A stretch of 64,000 nucleotides of DNA from contig JBHLQH010000017.1 in the NCBI GenBank assembly GCA_048884965.1, positions 7,258-71,257 on the forward strand, written 5' to 3'. Made by a program: the position numbers and the translations under genes. The notes beneath the pieces were generated by a model. It was given only the letters and a program-made list of their open reading frames with translations. It had not been told where the DNA came from and made no database searches. This stretch comes from Candidatus Thorarchaeota archaeon (GTDB lineage Archaea; Asgardarchaeota; Thorarchaeia; Thorarchaeales; Thorarchaeaceae). This document shows positions 30,693 to 41,421 of this stretch, piece after piece (the stretch's first letter is position 1; the number at the start of each line of letters is the position of its first letter).

Positions 30693-31562
30693 TCAATTAT
30701 TCTTCTCGTCACTTCTCTTGTCTCGAACCTTATCCAAGAACTCGGGAGTGATGACTGTGATGCCCTCCGCTTTTGCGGCATCAACAACTCCTGCAAAGAC
30801 CTTTTTCAAGAATATTCGCGGCACGTTGACCAGTTTCGCACAGGCTTCCTCTGTCCATTCGATACTTGGATCGAATCTCTTGGCAGCAAATGTAATAGTG
30901 TTCAAGTTCTGTCCCTTTGACTTTGGAATAGGAACTGGGAATGGTTTGTCTCCCTTGGTAAACCAGAAGTTCAGATTATCCCTGAAACCATAATCAATTG
31001 GCAATCGAGGGAAGTCTTTTGCGTCCATCCCCCTTAGTAGCGCATCCTTGTACTTGCTCTTTAGTAGAATGCTATCAACACGTAGGACAAAGTTGTCACC
31101 ACCATTACAAAGATTCAGAGGGAATTTATCTTCCCATGTGCATTCCATCACTTGCACAGACTCCTCAACAATATCTGGGAATCTTCCATTCTCAACTCCA
31201 TTCTTCCTACTAGAGGGAATGAGCGTGAATATGCTATTTGCCATTTTCTCTTCCGTAGTTTCCCCTGGGAACCCAAGTTCAACACAGTTCTCAAGATACT
31301 TCTTCTCATCGGGAATGAAATTCAAGGCGCACACGCCAGTCCTTCGAATATTCGTTGCTGTATTGCTATCTGAACGGGCTATTAGCATCATTGCATGTTT
31401 ACATTCATCAGCAATGACATACGGAAAGACCAGTGAGTATGGACCCAAGTTCGTTTTTCCCGATTCGGAGAGTGTGCTAACCAAAACTACCGGCATCGGA
31501 AAGAAGGAGCTCGTCTGATAGAAGTTATCTAGGATTCTTATAGTGTCAAAGGATTCGGCCAT
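30693..31562 (-). CDS. Flavin reductase-like domain fused to a PCP_red-like C-terminal domain
   Basis: PMPVVLVST...G.TNLGPYS, S.T..NI.RTG...LNF; tail IEWTEEA..KL..VP..F......A...G...IT.E.L. Confidence 0.75.
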   Translation of the reverse strand: MAESFDTIRILDNFYQTSSFFPMPVVLVSTLSESGKTNLGPYSLVFPYVIADECKHAMMLIARSDSNTATNIRRTGVCALNFIPDEKKYLENCVELGFPGETTEEKMANSIFTLIPSSRKNGVENGRFPDIVEESVQVMECTWEDKFPLNLCNGGDNFVLRVDSILLKSKYKDALLRGMDAKDFPRLPIDYGFRDNLNFWFTKGDKPFPVPIPKSKGQNLNTITFAAKRFDPSIEWTEEACAKLVNVPRIFLKKVFAGVVDAAKAEGITVITPEFLDKVRDKRSDEKNN

Positions 31563-31618
31563 GGACAATGTGCCAAGTATCACTGGTTATCATCTTTTTC
31601 CTGCTAGTATTCAATCAT

Positions 31619-32386
31619 TCAGTACGCAAGATAGCCACCATCCACAGCTAATGTCTGCCCAGTGATGTACCTCGAATCTTCGCTGGCGAGAAAACATGCC
31701 GCACCACGAATCCATTCGTTCTCTGCGAATGTTGGCAATGCAGTTCTTGGTTCTATCATCGTCGTTCTTATCTCATCATCCCTGAATGCATCAGCTGACA
31801 TATCAGTGGGGAAGAAGCCGGGTGCAATCGCATTCACGCGAATATTGTGCTTACCAAGCTCAATGGCAAGTGCTCTAGTCATAGTGAGCATCCCTCCTTT
31901 TGATGTGTAATACCCCACTTCTGGAAACTTTGTGCCTCGTAGTCCGAAGGTTGATGATATGTTGATGATAGATCCAGATTTCTTAGGAATCATGACTCGT
32001 GCGACCTCTCGAGATGCCAAGAACGCGGACGTAAGGTTCACATCCATTACCGTGTGCCAGTCTTCTAATGTCTGCTCTACTAGAGGTTTGACGATATACA
32101 TTCCTGCATTGTTGATCAGAGTATCAACTGTACCAAATTCACGAACCGTTGTTTCGACCAGATTGATAACATCAGCCTCTATTCTAACGTCTGTCTTCAC
32201 TGGAATGGCAGTGATGCCATATTCATCGTGTAATTTCCTTGCTATCTCCTTTAGAAGCTCGATACGCCTAGCTGCTAGAACTAGGTTGGATCCAGACTCT
32301 GCGAATCCGTAGGCGAATTGTTCTCCCAATCCAGCGGAAGCTCCAGTAATGATAGTAATCTTCCCTTCAAGGTCATACTTGGACAT
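31619..32386 (-). CDS. Short-chain dehydrogenase/reductase
   Basis: TGASAGLG, NNAG, YYTSK, VNAIAPG, GQTLAVDGG. Confidence 0.95.
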   Translation of the reverse strand: MSKYDLEGKITIITGASAGLGEQFAYGFAESGSNLVLAARRIELLKEIARKLHDEYGITAIPVKTDVRIEADVINLVETTVREFGTVDTLINNAGMYIVKPLVEQTLEDWHTVMDVNLTSAFLASREVARVMIPKKSGSIINISSTFGLRGTKFPEVGYYTSKGGMLTMTRALAIELGKHNIRVNAIAPGFFPTDMSADAFRDDEIRTTMIEPRTALPTFAENEWIRGAACFLASEDSRYITGQTLAVDGGYLAY

Positions 32387-32446
32387 CTCTAAACCCCTGC
32401 ACACTACTACAGACCGTACCTGAAAAACGTTCAGATGACCTACTAT

Positions 32447-34453
32447 CTAATGTAGAAGAGCTTTCGCTCGCTTTACGATATTTTCGACCGAGAAGCCAAA
32501 TTTTTCGAATAGCACACTGGATGGAGCAGATGCACCAAACCGGTCTATCGATATCATATCTCCCTCAGGACCAATCCATCTTTCCCAGCCATGTCTAACG
32601 CCTGCCTCAACAGCAAGACGTGCCTTTACTGAAGGTGGAAGTACCGAGTCCCGATATTCCTTTTCCTGAGCCTCAAAGAGCTTCCAACTTGGGAACGAGA
32701 CTACTCTAACCCCGATGCCTTCTTGACCAAGCTGCTTCGCGGCATCTAATGAAGGCGCCACTTCTGATCCAGATGCTAGTAGTATCAACTCTGGAGTATC
32801 ATCAGAATAGTCCACAAGAACATATGCTCCTCTACTGGTGCCTCGTGCACTTGCATTCTCGGAGCGATCCAAGACTGGTAGGTTCTGACGGGTTAGAACG
32901 ATAACGGTTGGTCCATGTCTTCTATTTATGGCAATTCTCCACGCCTCTATTACCTCGTTTGCGTCTGCAGGCCTGATTATAACAAGATTTGGCATTGCAC
33001 GCAGGGACGAAAGCTGCTCAATTGGCTGGTGGGTCGGACCGTCTTCTCCTAATCCGATACTATCATGGGTGAAGACCCAGATGCTAGGGTATCCCGAAAG
33101 TGCTGAAAGACGAATCGCAGGTCTCATATAATCTGAGAATATGAAGAAAGTACCTGAGTAAGGGATGAATCCACCATGAACAGCTAGTCCATTGACAATC
33201 GCTCCCATTGCATGTTCCCTCACACCAAAGAATATGTTACGTCCATTTGGACTATCTTTTTGGAATGCTGAATCACCATCAATCCATGTTTTGTTCGAAC
33301 CTGTTAGATCCGCCGACCCTCCTATCAGCTCTGGTAGTTTCTTAGCAATAATGTTCAGAACCTTTCCTGAAGCAACTCTTGTCGCAATGCCCTTCTCATC
33401 AGCGGCGAAGGGGGCCAAATCATGGTCCCAGTCCTCTATTAATTGCCCATTCAACCTTCTTTCAAGTTCACTCCCTAGTTCTTTGAACTGCTCCTTGTAC
33501 TTGTTGAACAACGATTCCCATTCTTCTTGAGATTTCTGTCCCCGCGGAACAGCTTCTCTAAAGTGGGCCAACACGTCATCAGGCACAAGATACTTTGGCT
33601 CAAGCGGCCATCCCAGGGCTTCTTTAGCTCCGCTAAGTTCTACTGTCCCAGCTGGTTCCCCATGGGATTTTTCTGTGCCTTGCTTGGTGGGAAGACCATA
33701 GCCAATTACAGTTTTGCACATAATTAGCGAGGGTCTTCTCTCAAGTTTCGCTTTCTTTATCGCTTCATCAATTGCATCGATATCATTACCATCATCCACC
33801 TTCTGAATATGCCAGCCCAGTGCATCATATTTCATGGCAGTGTTTTCTGTGAAGGTTAGATCTGTGCTTCCATCAATTGAAATTTTGTTATCATCATAAA
33901 GAACAATCAGCTTTCCAAGACCAAAATGCCCTGCAAGAGATGCGGCTTCAGATGCGACTCCTTCCATCATATCCCCATCTGTTGCAATAACATAGGTAAA
34001 GTGATCGATGATCTCAAGATTCGGTCTATTGTATACCGCTGCAAGGTTAGCCTCTGCGATTGCTAGACCTACGGCATTGCTGATTCCCTGTCCTAATGGT
34101 CCCGTTGTGACTTCAACACCTGGCGTGCAGAATGATTCCGGATGTCCAGGAGTTTTGCTCTCCCATTGTCGAAATCCTTTGATTTGATCTATGGGAAGGC
34201 TGTATCCGGTAAGGTGAAGCAAAGAGTAGAGTAGCATTGATCCGTGTCCACCTGAAAGCACAAATCGATCTCTATTTGGCCAATCTGGCCTGACAGGATT
34301 GAACTTCAAGTGTCGTGTCCAGAGGGTATATGCCATTGCTGCTGCTCCCATTGGCATTCCCGGATGTCCAGATTTTGCATCTTCTATCGCATCTGCTGAT
34401 AGAAAACGAATTGTATTGATTGCTCGCTCTTGGAGTGATGTCAGGGGTGTCAT
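32447..34453 (-). CDS. tkt: Transketolase (single chain)
   Basis: [56 protein letters not shown]. Confidence 0.97.
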   Translation of the reverse strand: MTPLTSLQERAINTIRFLSADAIEDAKSGHPGMPMGAAAMAYTLWTRHLKFNPVRPDWPNRDRFVLSGGHGSMLLYSLLHLTGYSLPIDQIKGFRQWESKTPGHPESFCTPGVEVTTGPLGQGISNAVGLAIAEANLAAVYNRPNLEIIDHFTYVIATDGDMMEGVASEAASLAGHFGLGKLIVLYDDNKISIDGSTDLTFTENTAMKYDALGWHIQKVDDGNDIDAIDEAIKKAKLERRPSLIMCKTVIGYGLPTKQGTEKSHGEPAGTVELSGAKEALGWPLEPKYLVPDDVLAHFREAVPRGQKSQEEWESLFNKYKEQFKELGSELERRLNGQLIEDWDHDLAPFAADEKGIATRVASGKVLNIIAKKLPELIGGSADLTGSNKTWIDGDSAFQKDSPNGRNIFFGVREHAMGAIVNGLAVHGGFIPYSGTFFIFSDYMRPAIRLSALSGYPSIWVFTHDSIGLGEDGPTHQPIEQLSSLRAMPNLVIIRPADANEVIEAWRIAINRRHGPTVIVLTRQNLPVLDRSENASARGTSRGAYVLVDYSDDTPELILLASGSEVAPSLDAAKQLGQEGIGVRVVSFPSWKLFEAQEKEYRDSVLPPSVKARLAVEAGVRHGWERWIGPEGDMISIDRFGASAPSSVLFEKFGFSVENIVKRAKALLH

Positions 34454-34657
34454 TAGGTGTAAATCTCTCCAGTGGATTATTTAAATCCGCAAGATAGGAC
34501 TGACAAATCGGAAACCTACTCTCTTTTGGTTGTTACGCTTTTCTCAAGACAGATACTAGATACTTGTCGATGAGGAAGGATCTTTGAAAAGAAAACTAGG
34601 CTCATACAAACTAAAAAGAATGAAGCGAGCGGCAAGACTACCGCTCTGTGGCTTCTT

Positions 34658-35602
34658 CTATTTCTTCATCTTGAACACTAAAGCAAGTACGACAACTACA
34701 ACCACAACTCCTCCAATTATTAGGAGTGTGTTTGCATCCAGTAGGAGCGAATCAGTCGAAGATATCCCAATTATGGGGTCATACTCAAGGGTTTCATTCC
34801 CAAAGTTCTCAAAAGCGAGATAGATTGACTCTCCAGCCTCTTGGCCTACTCCTTCTCCATAGCTTGCCTTAACCTCGAGTGTATTCTGTGCAGCAAGAGC
34901 TGTTTCGTTATATTGCATGTATCCATTAGCAAACTCGAATTTGGTTCCTGCTCTATGGAATCCTTCAGGATCGTCATTGCCTTGTGCCTGTCCATGAGTA
35001 CTTTGAGTTACTGTGTATTGCATGACCAAGATAGAATCCTCATAGGTCCATTCCCATCCTTCAATGATTACATCAAACTTGAATTCTCCTGGATTGTCCA
35101 GGTTCAAGTGAACGCGTAGCTGGATGGTGACATCAAACTCCGGAAGGTTCGGGATATTACCAAAATCCCCTCCGCCAGTAGGTCGTGGATCAAATGTTTC
35201 AGTTGATGTGAAATTGAAGTGGATTGCAGTCACATTCTCTCCATCAGTTTCCTCATCAAATCCGCTGAACTCCCAATCTGTTGTTGGTAGTGCAAATCGA
35301 GCGCCAATAATATGGTCAACGCCATTCTCGAAGACACCGTCTGAATTAGTATCATTAGCTTCGAATATGGAAACGAACATTACATGATAATCGACGGTAG
35401 GAGTATTAGGATCCCACCAATGAAAGTGCGGAACTTCACTGACTCCTGTAATCCGAATATCGATATCTTCAGTTGAAAGTGTCACAATTCCTGCAGATTC
35501 ATGATATTGAAGTCCATTGCTTTGCGCGGCTGCAAAAGGAACTCCTAGTACAAGTATGAAAATCGCAAGTGCTGTCATTACAAATCCTTTTTCGGTAGTC
35601 AT
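34658..35602 (-). CDS. Secreted beta-sandwich protein with C-terminal TM anchor
   Basis: Signal peptide ending AAA|Q, DTNSDG, KFDVIIEGW, YDPIIG, TM plus KMKK. Confidence 0.8.
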   Translation of the reverse strand: MTTEKGFVMTALAIFILVLGVPFAAAQSNGLQYHESAGIVTLSTEDIDIRITGVSEVPHFHWWDPNTPTVDYHVMFVSIFEANDTNSDGVFENGVDHIIGARFALPTTDWEFSGFDEETDGENVTAIHFNFTSTETFDPRPTGGGDFGNIPNLPEFDVTIQLRVHLNLDNPGEFKFDVIIEGWEWTYEDSILVMQYTVTQSTHGQAQGNDDPEGFHRAGTKFEFANGYMQYNETALAAQNTLEVKASYGEGVGQEAGESIYLAFENFGNETLEYDPIIGISSTDSLLLDANTLLIIGGVVVVVVVLALVFKMKK

Positions 35603-35751
35603 TTTATCACCGACTACGAATCGTGATTTTGTATTTATAATGACCATTAGAAAGGGTGTTGAGTACGATGGTTCCAAAGGAGTTATCCCAGTCTTTTCAT
35701 CGAATCCAAACTTTATGAAACCTTAAAAGACACCAAACAACGCTATCATCT

Positions 35752-36636
35752 CTAGGCAATTGCTGTCTTTCTGGCCCAAAAAATCACCAGTCCTGGAAAG
35801 AGATCAAGTGCTCCACAATCAGGAAATACTGCTTCTAGGACAGTGCCCACGTCATCACCATTAGCCATCCCAAGCTCAGGGAAGAGCTGAATTGCAGTCA
35901 CACGTAGAAACTCACCAAGATCTGGTTGTTCTGGTCGATCAAAATACACGAAGGGTGCAAGAATCCTGACTATTCCACCATCAATCAAAACTCTCTTGAA
36001 CTCAGCAACTGAGCCGTGAAGCTCATCTCTATTTGGAATTCCGCTGACCCAGATTTGGGCGTATCTCTCATTTGGCGATGGGATATCTACGAGGTCTCCC
36101 TTCAATATCTTGTGACGAATTCCCATTGTTGTTAGAATTGTAGAGTCTCCAAGCACGTCCAAAGTTTGAGATCCATTCCCATCCATGAGATATTGAACAG
36201 TATTGATGTCAATCTCTCTAACCCTTGGTACTGCAGCAAAAAGAACACGTCCTTTTGGCACCTTGACTTCCTCATCCAGCTTCTGATGCATACTACCTGT
36301 GATTGAATGCCTATATGCATCATAGAAGTGCATGATGACTTCAATAGAATCCTTTAGCATCTCTCGGAGTTGATTCTCTCCTCTGGCTCCCAGCCGATAT
36401 ACGCGCCTATCTGGTCCATGAGGCCCTGGCTGCACGATGCTCTCCACAAGGCCTTCAGCTTCCATAGTATGAAGCCAACGGTACAGAGTTGTAAGTCTCA
36501 GGTTCGAAACATGCTCATTGAGAGAGCGGAGTATATCATATCCATGACATGGACCATTATCCAATACAAGTAGAATTCGATTTCGAATCCACTCTCTACT
36601 CTCTCTCAATGATCGAAGATCTCCAAAAAATAACAT
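35752..36636 (-). CDS. PadR-family regulator fused to a degenerate methyltransferase-like domain
   Basis: GPCHGYDI...TLYRWL..ME.EGLV...GPDRRVY.L; C-terminal GD...IP, EFKRVL..GG. Confidence 0.82.
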   Translation of the reverse strand: MLFFGDLRSLRESREWIRNRILLVLDNGPCHGYDILRSLNEHVSNLRLTTLYRWLHTMEAEGLVESIVQPGPHGPDRRVYRLGARGENQLREMLKDSIEVIMHFYDAYRHSITGSMHQKLDEEVKVPKGRVLFAAVPRVREIDINTVQYLMDGNGSQTLDVLGDSTILTTMGIRHKILKGDLVDIPSPNERYAQIWVSGIPNRDELHGSVAEFKRVLIDGGIVRILAPFVYFDRPEQPDLGEFLRVTAIQLFPELGMANGDDVGTVLEAVFPDCGALDLFPGLVIFWARKTAIA

Positions 36637-36797
36637 GAAAAATTCTGCTAAAAGCCGTATGTTCAGCGTAATTGAAGCTATACTCAGTTACTATATACAC
36701 TTTCACAACTAGCTACCTGTGGATTCCTCCTTAATAGCGAATAATCGTCTGATAGGGTGTAAGGGGACACAAATACTCCCCTCCTCTCTATCTCTTT

Positions 36798-36823
36798 TTG
36801 GAGAGGGCGAAAGTCCTCTCCAA
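36798..36823 (+). other. 11-bp hairpin with GAAA tetraloop in a divergent intergenic region
   Basis: TTGGAGAGGGC-GAAA-GTCCTCTCCAA, one G-U pair. Confidence 0.6.
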
Positions 36824-37003
36824 TTTCCTTATCTCATAGTTTGATTCGATGACACCATGGACATTAACTATAGTTTATAGATATACCCAATCTCACCTAT
36901 AGCTTTGGAAGCATTCGTTCTTATTTTAGCTAATGAACGTACAGAAGCCATCCGATATCGAACTAGCTTCGATTTTCGACTCGGTGATGGAGACAGAAGA
37001 GAA

Positions 37004-38830
37004 TTGAATAAATCTACAAAGAGAATGATAGCTCTTTCTCTAGCTGTAGCATTTCTGCTGATGGCAGTTTCGCCGGCACTCACCAAAGCCCAAACTGTCA
37101 CTGATTTCTTGAAGGCAGGTCCTTACGTCGAGAAAATTGTCTTCGATGTTATAACTCAGGAAGATCAGCAAGTAATAGCGCTACAGGATGGAGAGATTGA
37201 TATCATCGATCAACAACTCGATCCTACCTACTTAGAAACTCTCGAAGAATCTGAGAACGTACAGGTTGATAGTATTCTAAGGAATGGTTATGGATATGTT
37301 ACAATAAACTGTGACAAATACCCACTGAATATCACTGCTTTCCGCAGAGCTCTAGCATTTGCTACTGACAAGGAAGCAATCTCAGATGATGTCTGGGATG
37401 GTCTCTCACAGCCACTGGACTCTATGATTCCTGCTACCAATCCCTTCTCAATCGAGGGTCAGCTTCCATATACTTACTATGAAGCTAACGTTGCACAAGG
37501 AAACGCTCTTCTTGATGCAGCAGGATTTGCAGACATCGATGAAGATGGTTTCAGAGAAGCTCCCGATGGCTCTGACTTTGACATTCTTGTAGAATGTGCA
37601 CAAAGCTCAAACATCGCAATTGAAGTTGGTCAGGTTATTGCTGATGCGCTTACAGCTCTTGGAGTTGATGCGGATTCGGTCCCAACCGACTTCTACGAAT
37701 ATCTCAATAGGCTCTACTTCCATGGAGACTATGATATTGTATTCCTTGGTGGTGGATTCAGTACTTTTGATGTAGACTGGATTGCCTACGAGTACTGGTC
37801 CGAGTATGCAGACGAGCCCTACTGGAACTTCCCCAATTGGCGAAACGCTACCTATGACAGCTGGCGTGATCAGCTCCTCCATGCGACTGACTACGATGAT
37901 ATCTACGAGGCAGCTATCGAGATGCAGAAGATCTGGGTCTATGATTCTCCTATGATCATCTGTTATGAGAACCTTGTGCTTTCAGCTTACAGAACTGATA
38001 AGTTTGAAGGCTTCATCAACACAGTTACAGATGGTGTTCCAAGCTGGTGGACTAATATGAAGGTGCACCTAAAGGACTCTCTTGGTGGTCCCTTCGGAGG
38101 TACATTTGTATGGAGCAACTCTCTGGATATTGATACCTTCAACTTCATGGCAAGCACATCTGCCTATGCTAACAACATCAACCAGATGCTCTGGGACTCG
38201 CTAATCACAGTAGGTCCTGATGGTATAGATGTCAATTGGCTTGCAGAATCCATTACGACTGAAACCCATGCTGATAATCCAGCAATTCCTGATGGATACA
38301 CACGTTTCACTTTCGATATGGTTCAGAACGCAACCTGGACAGATGGAACGCCTCTCACAGGTGAGGATGTAGCATTCACTCTCAACTACTACAAGGATGC
38401 CCCTGGCAACCAATACGGATCTGATCTTACAGATATGGTGGCTGCCTACGCACCAACTCCATACACTGTAATAGTTGAGTTTGGTACAGAGTCTTTCTGG
38501 CATCTGCACACAGTTGGCTACAAGCCTATCATTCCAAAGCATATCTTTGAGACCCTTGGAGCTGACAATTGGAACCTCTGGAATCCTGACCCACCGAACG
38601 AGGTTATGGTTACCTCTGGTCCATTCAATGTGTCAGAGTATGTAGCTGGCGAGTTCACAGAACTTACCTACAATCCAAACTACTTCTTCGGACCTGACAG
38701 GTCTACCGCTTCAACAACAGATACCAATCCACCTCCAATTGGTGACCTTACCTTGGCTATCGTTGCAGGTGCAGTTGGCGCGGCTGTAATCATCCTTGTT
38801 GGTGGTTATGTCCTGATGCGTCAGAAGTAA
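37004..38830 (+). CDS. Family-5 (peptide/nickel) ABC solute-binding protein, circularly permuted, C-terminally anchored
   Basis: FRRALAFA.DKE, WTDGTPLTGEDVAFT, SGPF, NPNYF; signal peptide ending TKA|Q; C-terminal TM. Confidence 0.9.
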   Translation: MNKSTKRMIALSLAVAFLLMAVSPALTKAQTVTDFLKAGPYVEKIVFDVITQEDQQVIALQDGEIDIIDQQLDPTYLETLEESENVQVDSILRNGYGYVTINCDKYPLNITAFRRALAFATDKEAISDDVWDGLSQPLDSMIPATNPFSIEGQLPYTYYEANVAQGNALLDAAGFADIDEDGFREAPDGSDFDILVECAQSSNIAIEVGQVIADALTALGVDADSVPTDFYEYLNRLYFHGDYDIVFLGGGFSTFDVDWIAYEYWSEYADEPYWNFPNWRNATYDSWRDQLLHATDYDDIYEAAIEMQKIWVYDSPMIICYENLVLSAYRTDKFEGFINTVTDGVPSWWTNMKVHLKDSLGGPFGGTFVWSNSLDIDTFNFMASTSAYANNINQMLWDSLITVGPDGIDVNWLAESITTETHADNPAIPDGYTRFTFDMVQNATWTDGTPLTGEDVAFTLNYYKDAPGNQYGSDLTDMVAAYAPTPYTVIVEFGTESFWHLHTVGYKPIIPKHIFETLGADNWNLWNPDPPNEVMVTSGPFNVSEYVAGEFTELTYNPNYFFGPDRSTASTTDTNPPPIGDLTLAIVAGAVGAAVIILVGGYVLMRQK

Positions 38831-38855
38831 GTAACATAGTTAGAGTACAGAACTT

Positions 38856-38872
38856 GGGGACGATATGTCCCC
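38856..38872. terminator. Hairpin between convergent genes
   Basis: GGGGAC-gatat-GTCCCC followed by a T-run. Confidence 0.55.
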
Positions 38873-39451
38873 TTACTCCTTTTTTTGATCAGAGATCATG
38901 GTTCCCGGTGGATATTTCTTCATGAACTCGTCTTTCAAGATGTCCATCGCGATAGCATTTTGAAACTTGCCCATAGAATACATGTGTTCTCGAAATACTC
39001 CGATCTTCTTGAATCCCGCTTTCTCATAGGTCCTGATGGCTCTCGTATTATGCTCCAATGCATAGAGATAGATATTGTTCAATCCTAGAACATGAAAACC
39101 TACCCAGAGAGTTACCAATGCCGCATCAGTTCCATACCCTTTATCTCGCCCTTCTGGATTCCAGATGGAGATGCCGAATTCCGCGTGACCATGCGCCTTC
39201 GAGATACTAAATAAGCTAGCTGTACCTAGTAACTCTTGGGAAGTCTTCTCCACGATCGCAAAGACTATTTTTCCATCCTTCCATGGGTCTGCTGTAGACG
39301 CTCCTTCCAGCCACTTCTCCTCCGAGAGTCGTGAATTCGGGAGCAGACTTCCAAGGTATTGACGAGTTTCGACATTATTGATGAACTTCATGAGAGAATC
39401 TAGGTCTTCCATCTCAAGTGCCCTAAGATATATGTGAGCTCCAGAATACAT
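38873..39451 (-). CDS. RimJ/RimL-type GNAT acetyltransferase
   Basis: LRALE.EDL, AEFGISI, KGYGTDA, N.RAIRTYEKAGF. Confidence 0.92.
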   Translation of the reverse strand: MYSGAHIYLRALEMEDLDSLMKFINNVETRQYLGSLLPNSRLSEEKWLEGASTADPWKDGKIVFAIVEKTSQELLGTASLFSISKAHGHAEFGISIWNPEGRDKGYGTDAALVTLWVGFHVLGLNNIYLYALEHNTRAIRTYEKAGFKKIGVFREHMYSMGKFQNAIAMDILKDEFMKKYPPGTMISDQKKE

Positions 39452-39607
39452 GAACCAAAAACTGTCAAAAAACAAGATAATTTAATCGGTACGAGGCAAA
39501 ACTAGCCCCTCTACCAACGTCGATGATGGGTTCGCCAAAAGTCGTTATCCTTTTATTGTCCCTGTTATTCAGAATACATAACTTCGCATTTGGAGGAAAT
39601 TTGAAAA

Positions 39608-39958
39608 ATGCAACTCGACTTCGCTCTATTGTTAGGAAGTCTAGGACTAATCATAGTTTTAGTGGTCGTTATTGGTATCATCATTAATGCACTATTTCTC
39701 GGAATAGCACTAGGCTTTGTTAACGGTGAGAATAGAGAGCTAGGAACGACTTTCGTAACTGCTCTGCTATCTGCAATTGTTACAGTCATACCCTGTCTAG
39801 GATGTATTCTGGCATGGTATTTCATCAAGACCCGGCACGAACTAGGTTGGGGTGGAGCTATTGCTGCTTGGATACTTACCTTCATCATTGAGGCTATAGT
39901 ACTCTTTGCAATCGTCTTCCTAGCCTTCCCAGGACTCTTGGCAATTCTAATGCTCTAA
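39608..39958 (+). CDS. Small multi-pass membrane protein
   Basis: GGAGG SD; hydrophobic throughout. Confidence 0.75.
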   Translation: MQLDFALLLGSLGLIIVLVVVIGIIINALFLGIALGFVNGENRELGTTFVTALLSAIVTVIPCLGCILAWYFIKTRHELGWGGAIAAWILTFIIEAIVLFAIVFLAFPGLLAILML

Positions 39959-40007
39959 TCAGACAGATCTTAGAAAAGAAGAAATCAAGGATGTATGTGA
40001 GGCAGTA

Positions 40008-40685
40008 ATGGACGATATCGGTAGTGGGGAGCAACATAGACCCTGTGAAGAGATCCTCTTGGATCCTGAGCGTGGAAAGCTGGTCTTTGACTGGCGTGCT
40101 GTTTCCCGCAGACCGATAAGATTCCTACGGGTTTCTGGTCCACTCCTTACTGCCCACCATCCATTTTGTTCCCAATATGAAGGACATATTTTCTCATTTC
40201 TTGGTAGGAAATGGTGCGTCGGTTGTTTCTTTAACACATTATCCTTCTTCTCATCGCTCTTCATTCTGTTGCTTCTATGGTTCTTCAGTCCTTTCCAGTT
40301 TGATAGAGGGCTCATGCTCTATGGAGGGATAATTGGAGTTATCATTTCCTTCGTGTTCAGTGCAGCTGGTCTGACAGAAAACAAGAAACTCAAGGCAATT
40401 TCCAAGCTGATTCTGGGAACCTCTTTTTCTCTCGTCGTGGTATCTATCCTCATAGCCGGAGGGGATATTCTTGTTCAACTTGATATGAAAGCACTTTTGA
40501 TCATCATCGTGTATCTACCAGTAATCGGTCTCCTGAGCGCAAAGCGATTACTTGAGATGCAAAAGGAATGTGAGGCATGTGAGTACAAGATGAGATGGGG
40601 CAAGTGCCCAGGATTCAGGGATATCCTGTGCGATTATATCAATAATGGATTCTTGCTGCCGGAGGAACTCCCGCCCTCTACTTGA
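40008..40685 (+). CDS. Membrane protein with His/Cys motifs at both ends
   Basis: HHPFC..H...WCVGC, 4 TM, CEAC...CPG. Confidence 0.75.
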   Translation: MDDIGSGEQHRPCEEILLDPERGKLVFDWRAVSRRPIRFLRVSGPLLTAHHPFCSQYEGHIFSFLGRKWCVGCFFNTLSFFSSLFILLLLWFFSPFQFDRGLMLYGGIIGVIISFVFSAAGLTENKKLKAISKLILGTSFSLVVVSILIAGGDILVQLDMKALLIIIVYLPVIGLLSAKRLLEMQKECEACEYKMRWGKCPGFRDILCDYINNGFLLPEELPPST

Positions 40686-40745
40686 TTCTTACATGTTTCG
40701 ACATACTAATTTGCTCACAACTATACCAAAATCAGGGGTCTTACT

Positions 40746-41342
40746 GTGAATCCTCAGAGAATTGTGTTCAAAGAGCCAGTTGTGAGAGTTCAAATGGAGA
40801 AGATACGTTTTCCAAAACTATGTCCTATCTGTGGTTCTCCAGCCACGAAACCCGCTAGAATATCGACAGCTCCTGCGAAGAAGCAGTATCTTCGTCCTCA
40901 ATGGGATCCTGCCTTCTCTCCTGCAGTAAGGAGATCTATGGGGCTGAAGGTTCCCGAGGTTAAAACCCTCCTCCTACAGGTTTGTGAAGATCACTTCAAA
41001 TCTGATGAGGGTGATACGAACTACAAAGTGCTTTGTCTTCTTGTCAATGCTATATTGGCTGCAGCATTTGTGTTCGCATCATTGATGATAGGCAATCGTC
41101 TATGGATTGGGCTCCCTGTCGACCCTGTTCTTTATCTTGTTGTTCTAAGTCTGCCTTTATCCATTCTAGCTACAATCTTTGCCTTCAGAAGCGGTCCGCT
41201 TGCCTCCTCTGTGAGGATTATCGGTTTCGATTCAGGACTGATGAATGTCTGGTTAGAATTCGCTAGACCCGACTACCGTGATGCTTTCATGGAAGAGAAC
41301 TCAATGAACGCAGAGTTAGTACAGTGGATTGTGAAATCATAG
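40746..41342 (+). CDS. Membrane protein with zinc-finger-like N-terminus
   Basis: FPKLCPICG...VCEDH, 2 TM, F....Y...F...N. Confidence 0.75.
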   Translation: MNPQRIVFKEPVVRVQMEKIRFPKLCPICGSPATKPARISTAPAKKQYLRPQWDPAFSPAVRRSMGLKVPEVKTLLLQVCEDHFKSDEGDTNYKVLCLLVNAILAAAFVFASLMIGNRLWIGLPVDPVLYLVVLSLPLSILATIFAFRSGPLASSVRIIGFDSGLMNVWLEFARPDYRDAFMEENSMNAELVQWIVKS

Positions 41343-41421
41343 AATTGTATAGATTTAATCCACTACCCATAAGACCAACTGGTTCTTGTCACCATAACTC
41401 GATAGAAGGCAGTGATTCGAG

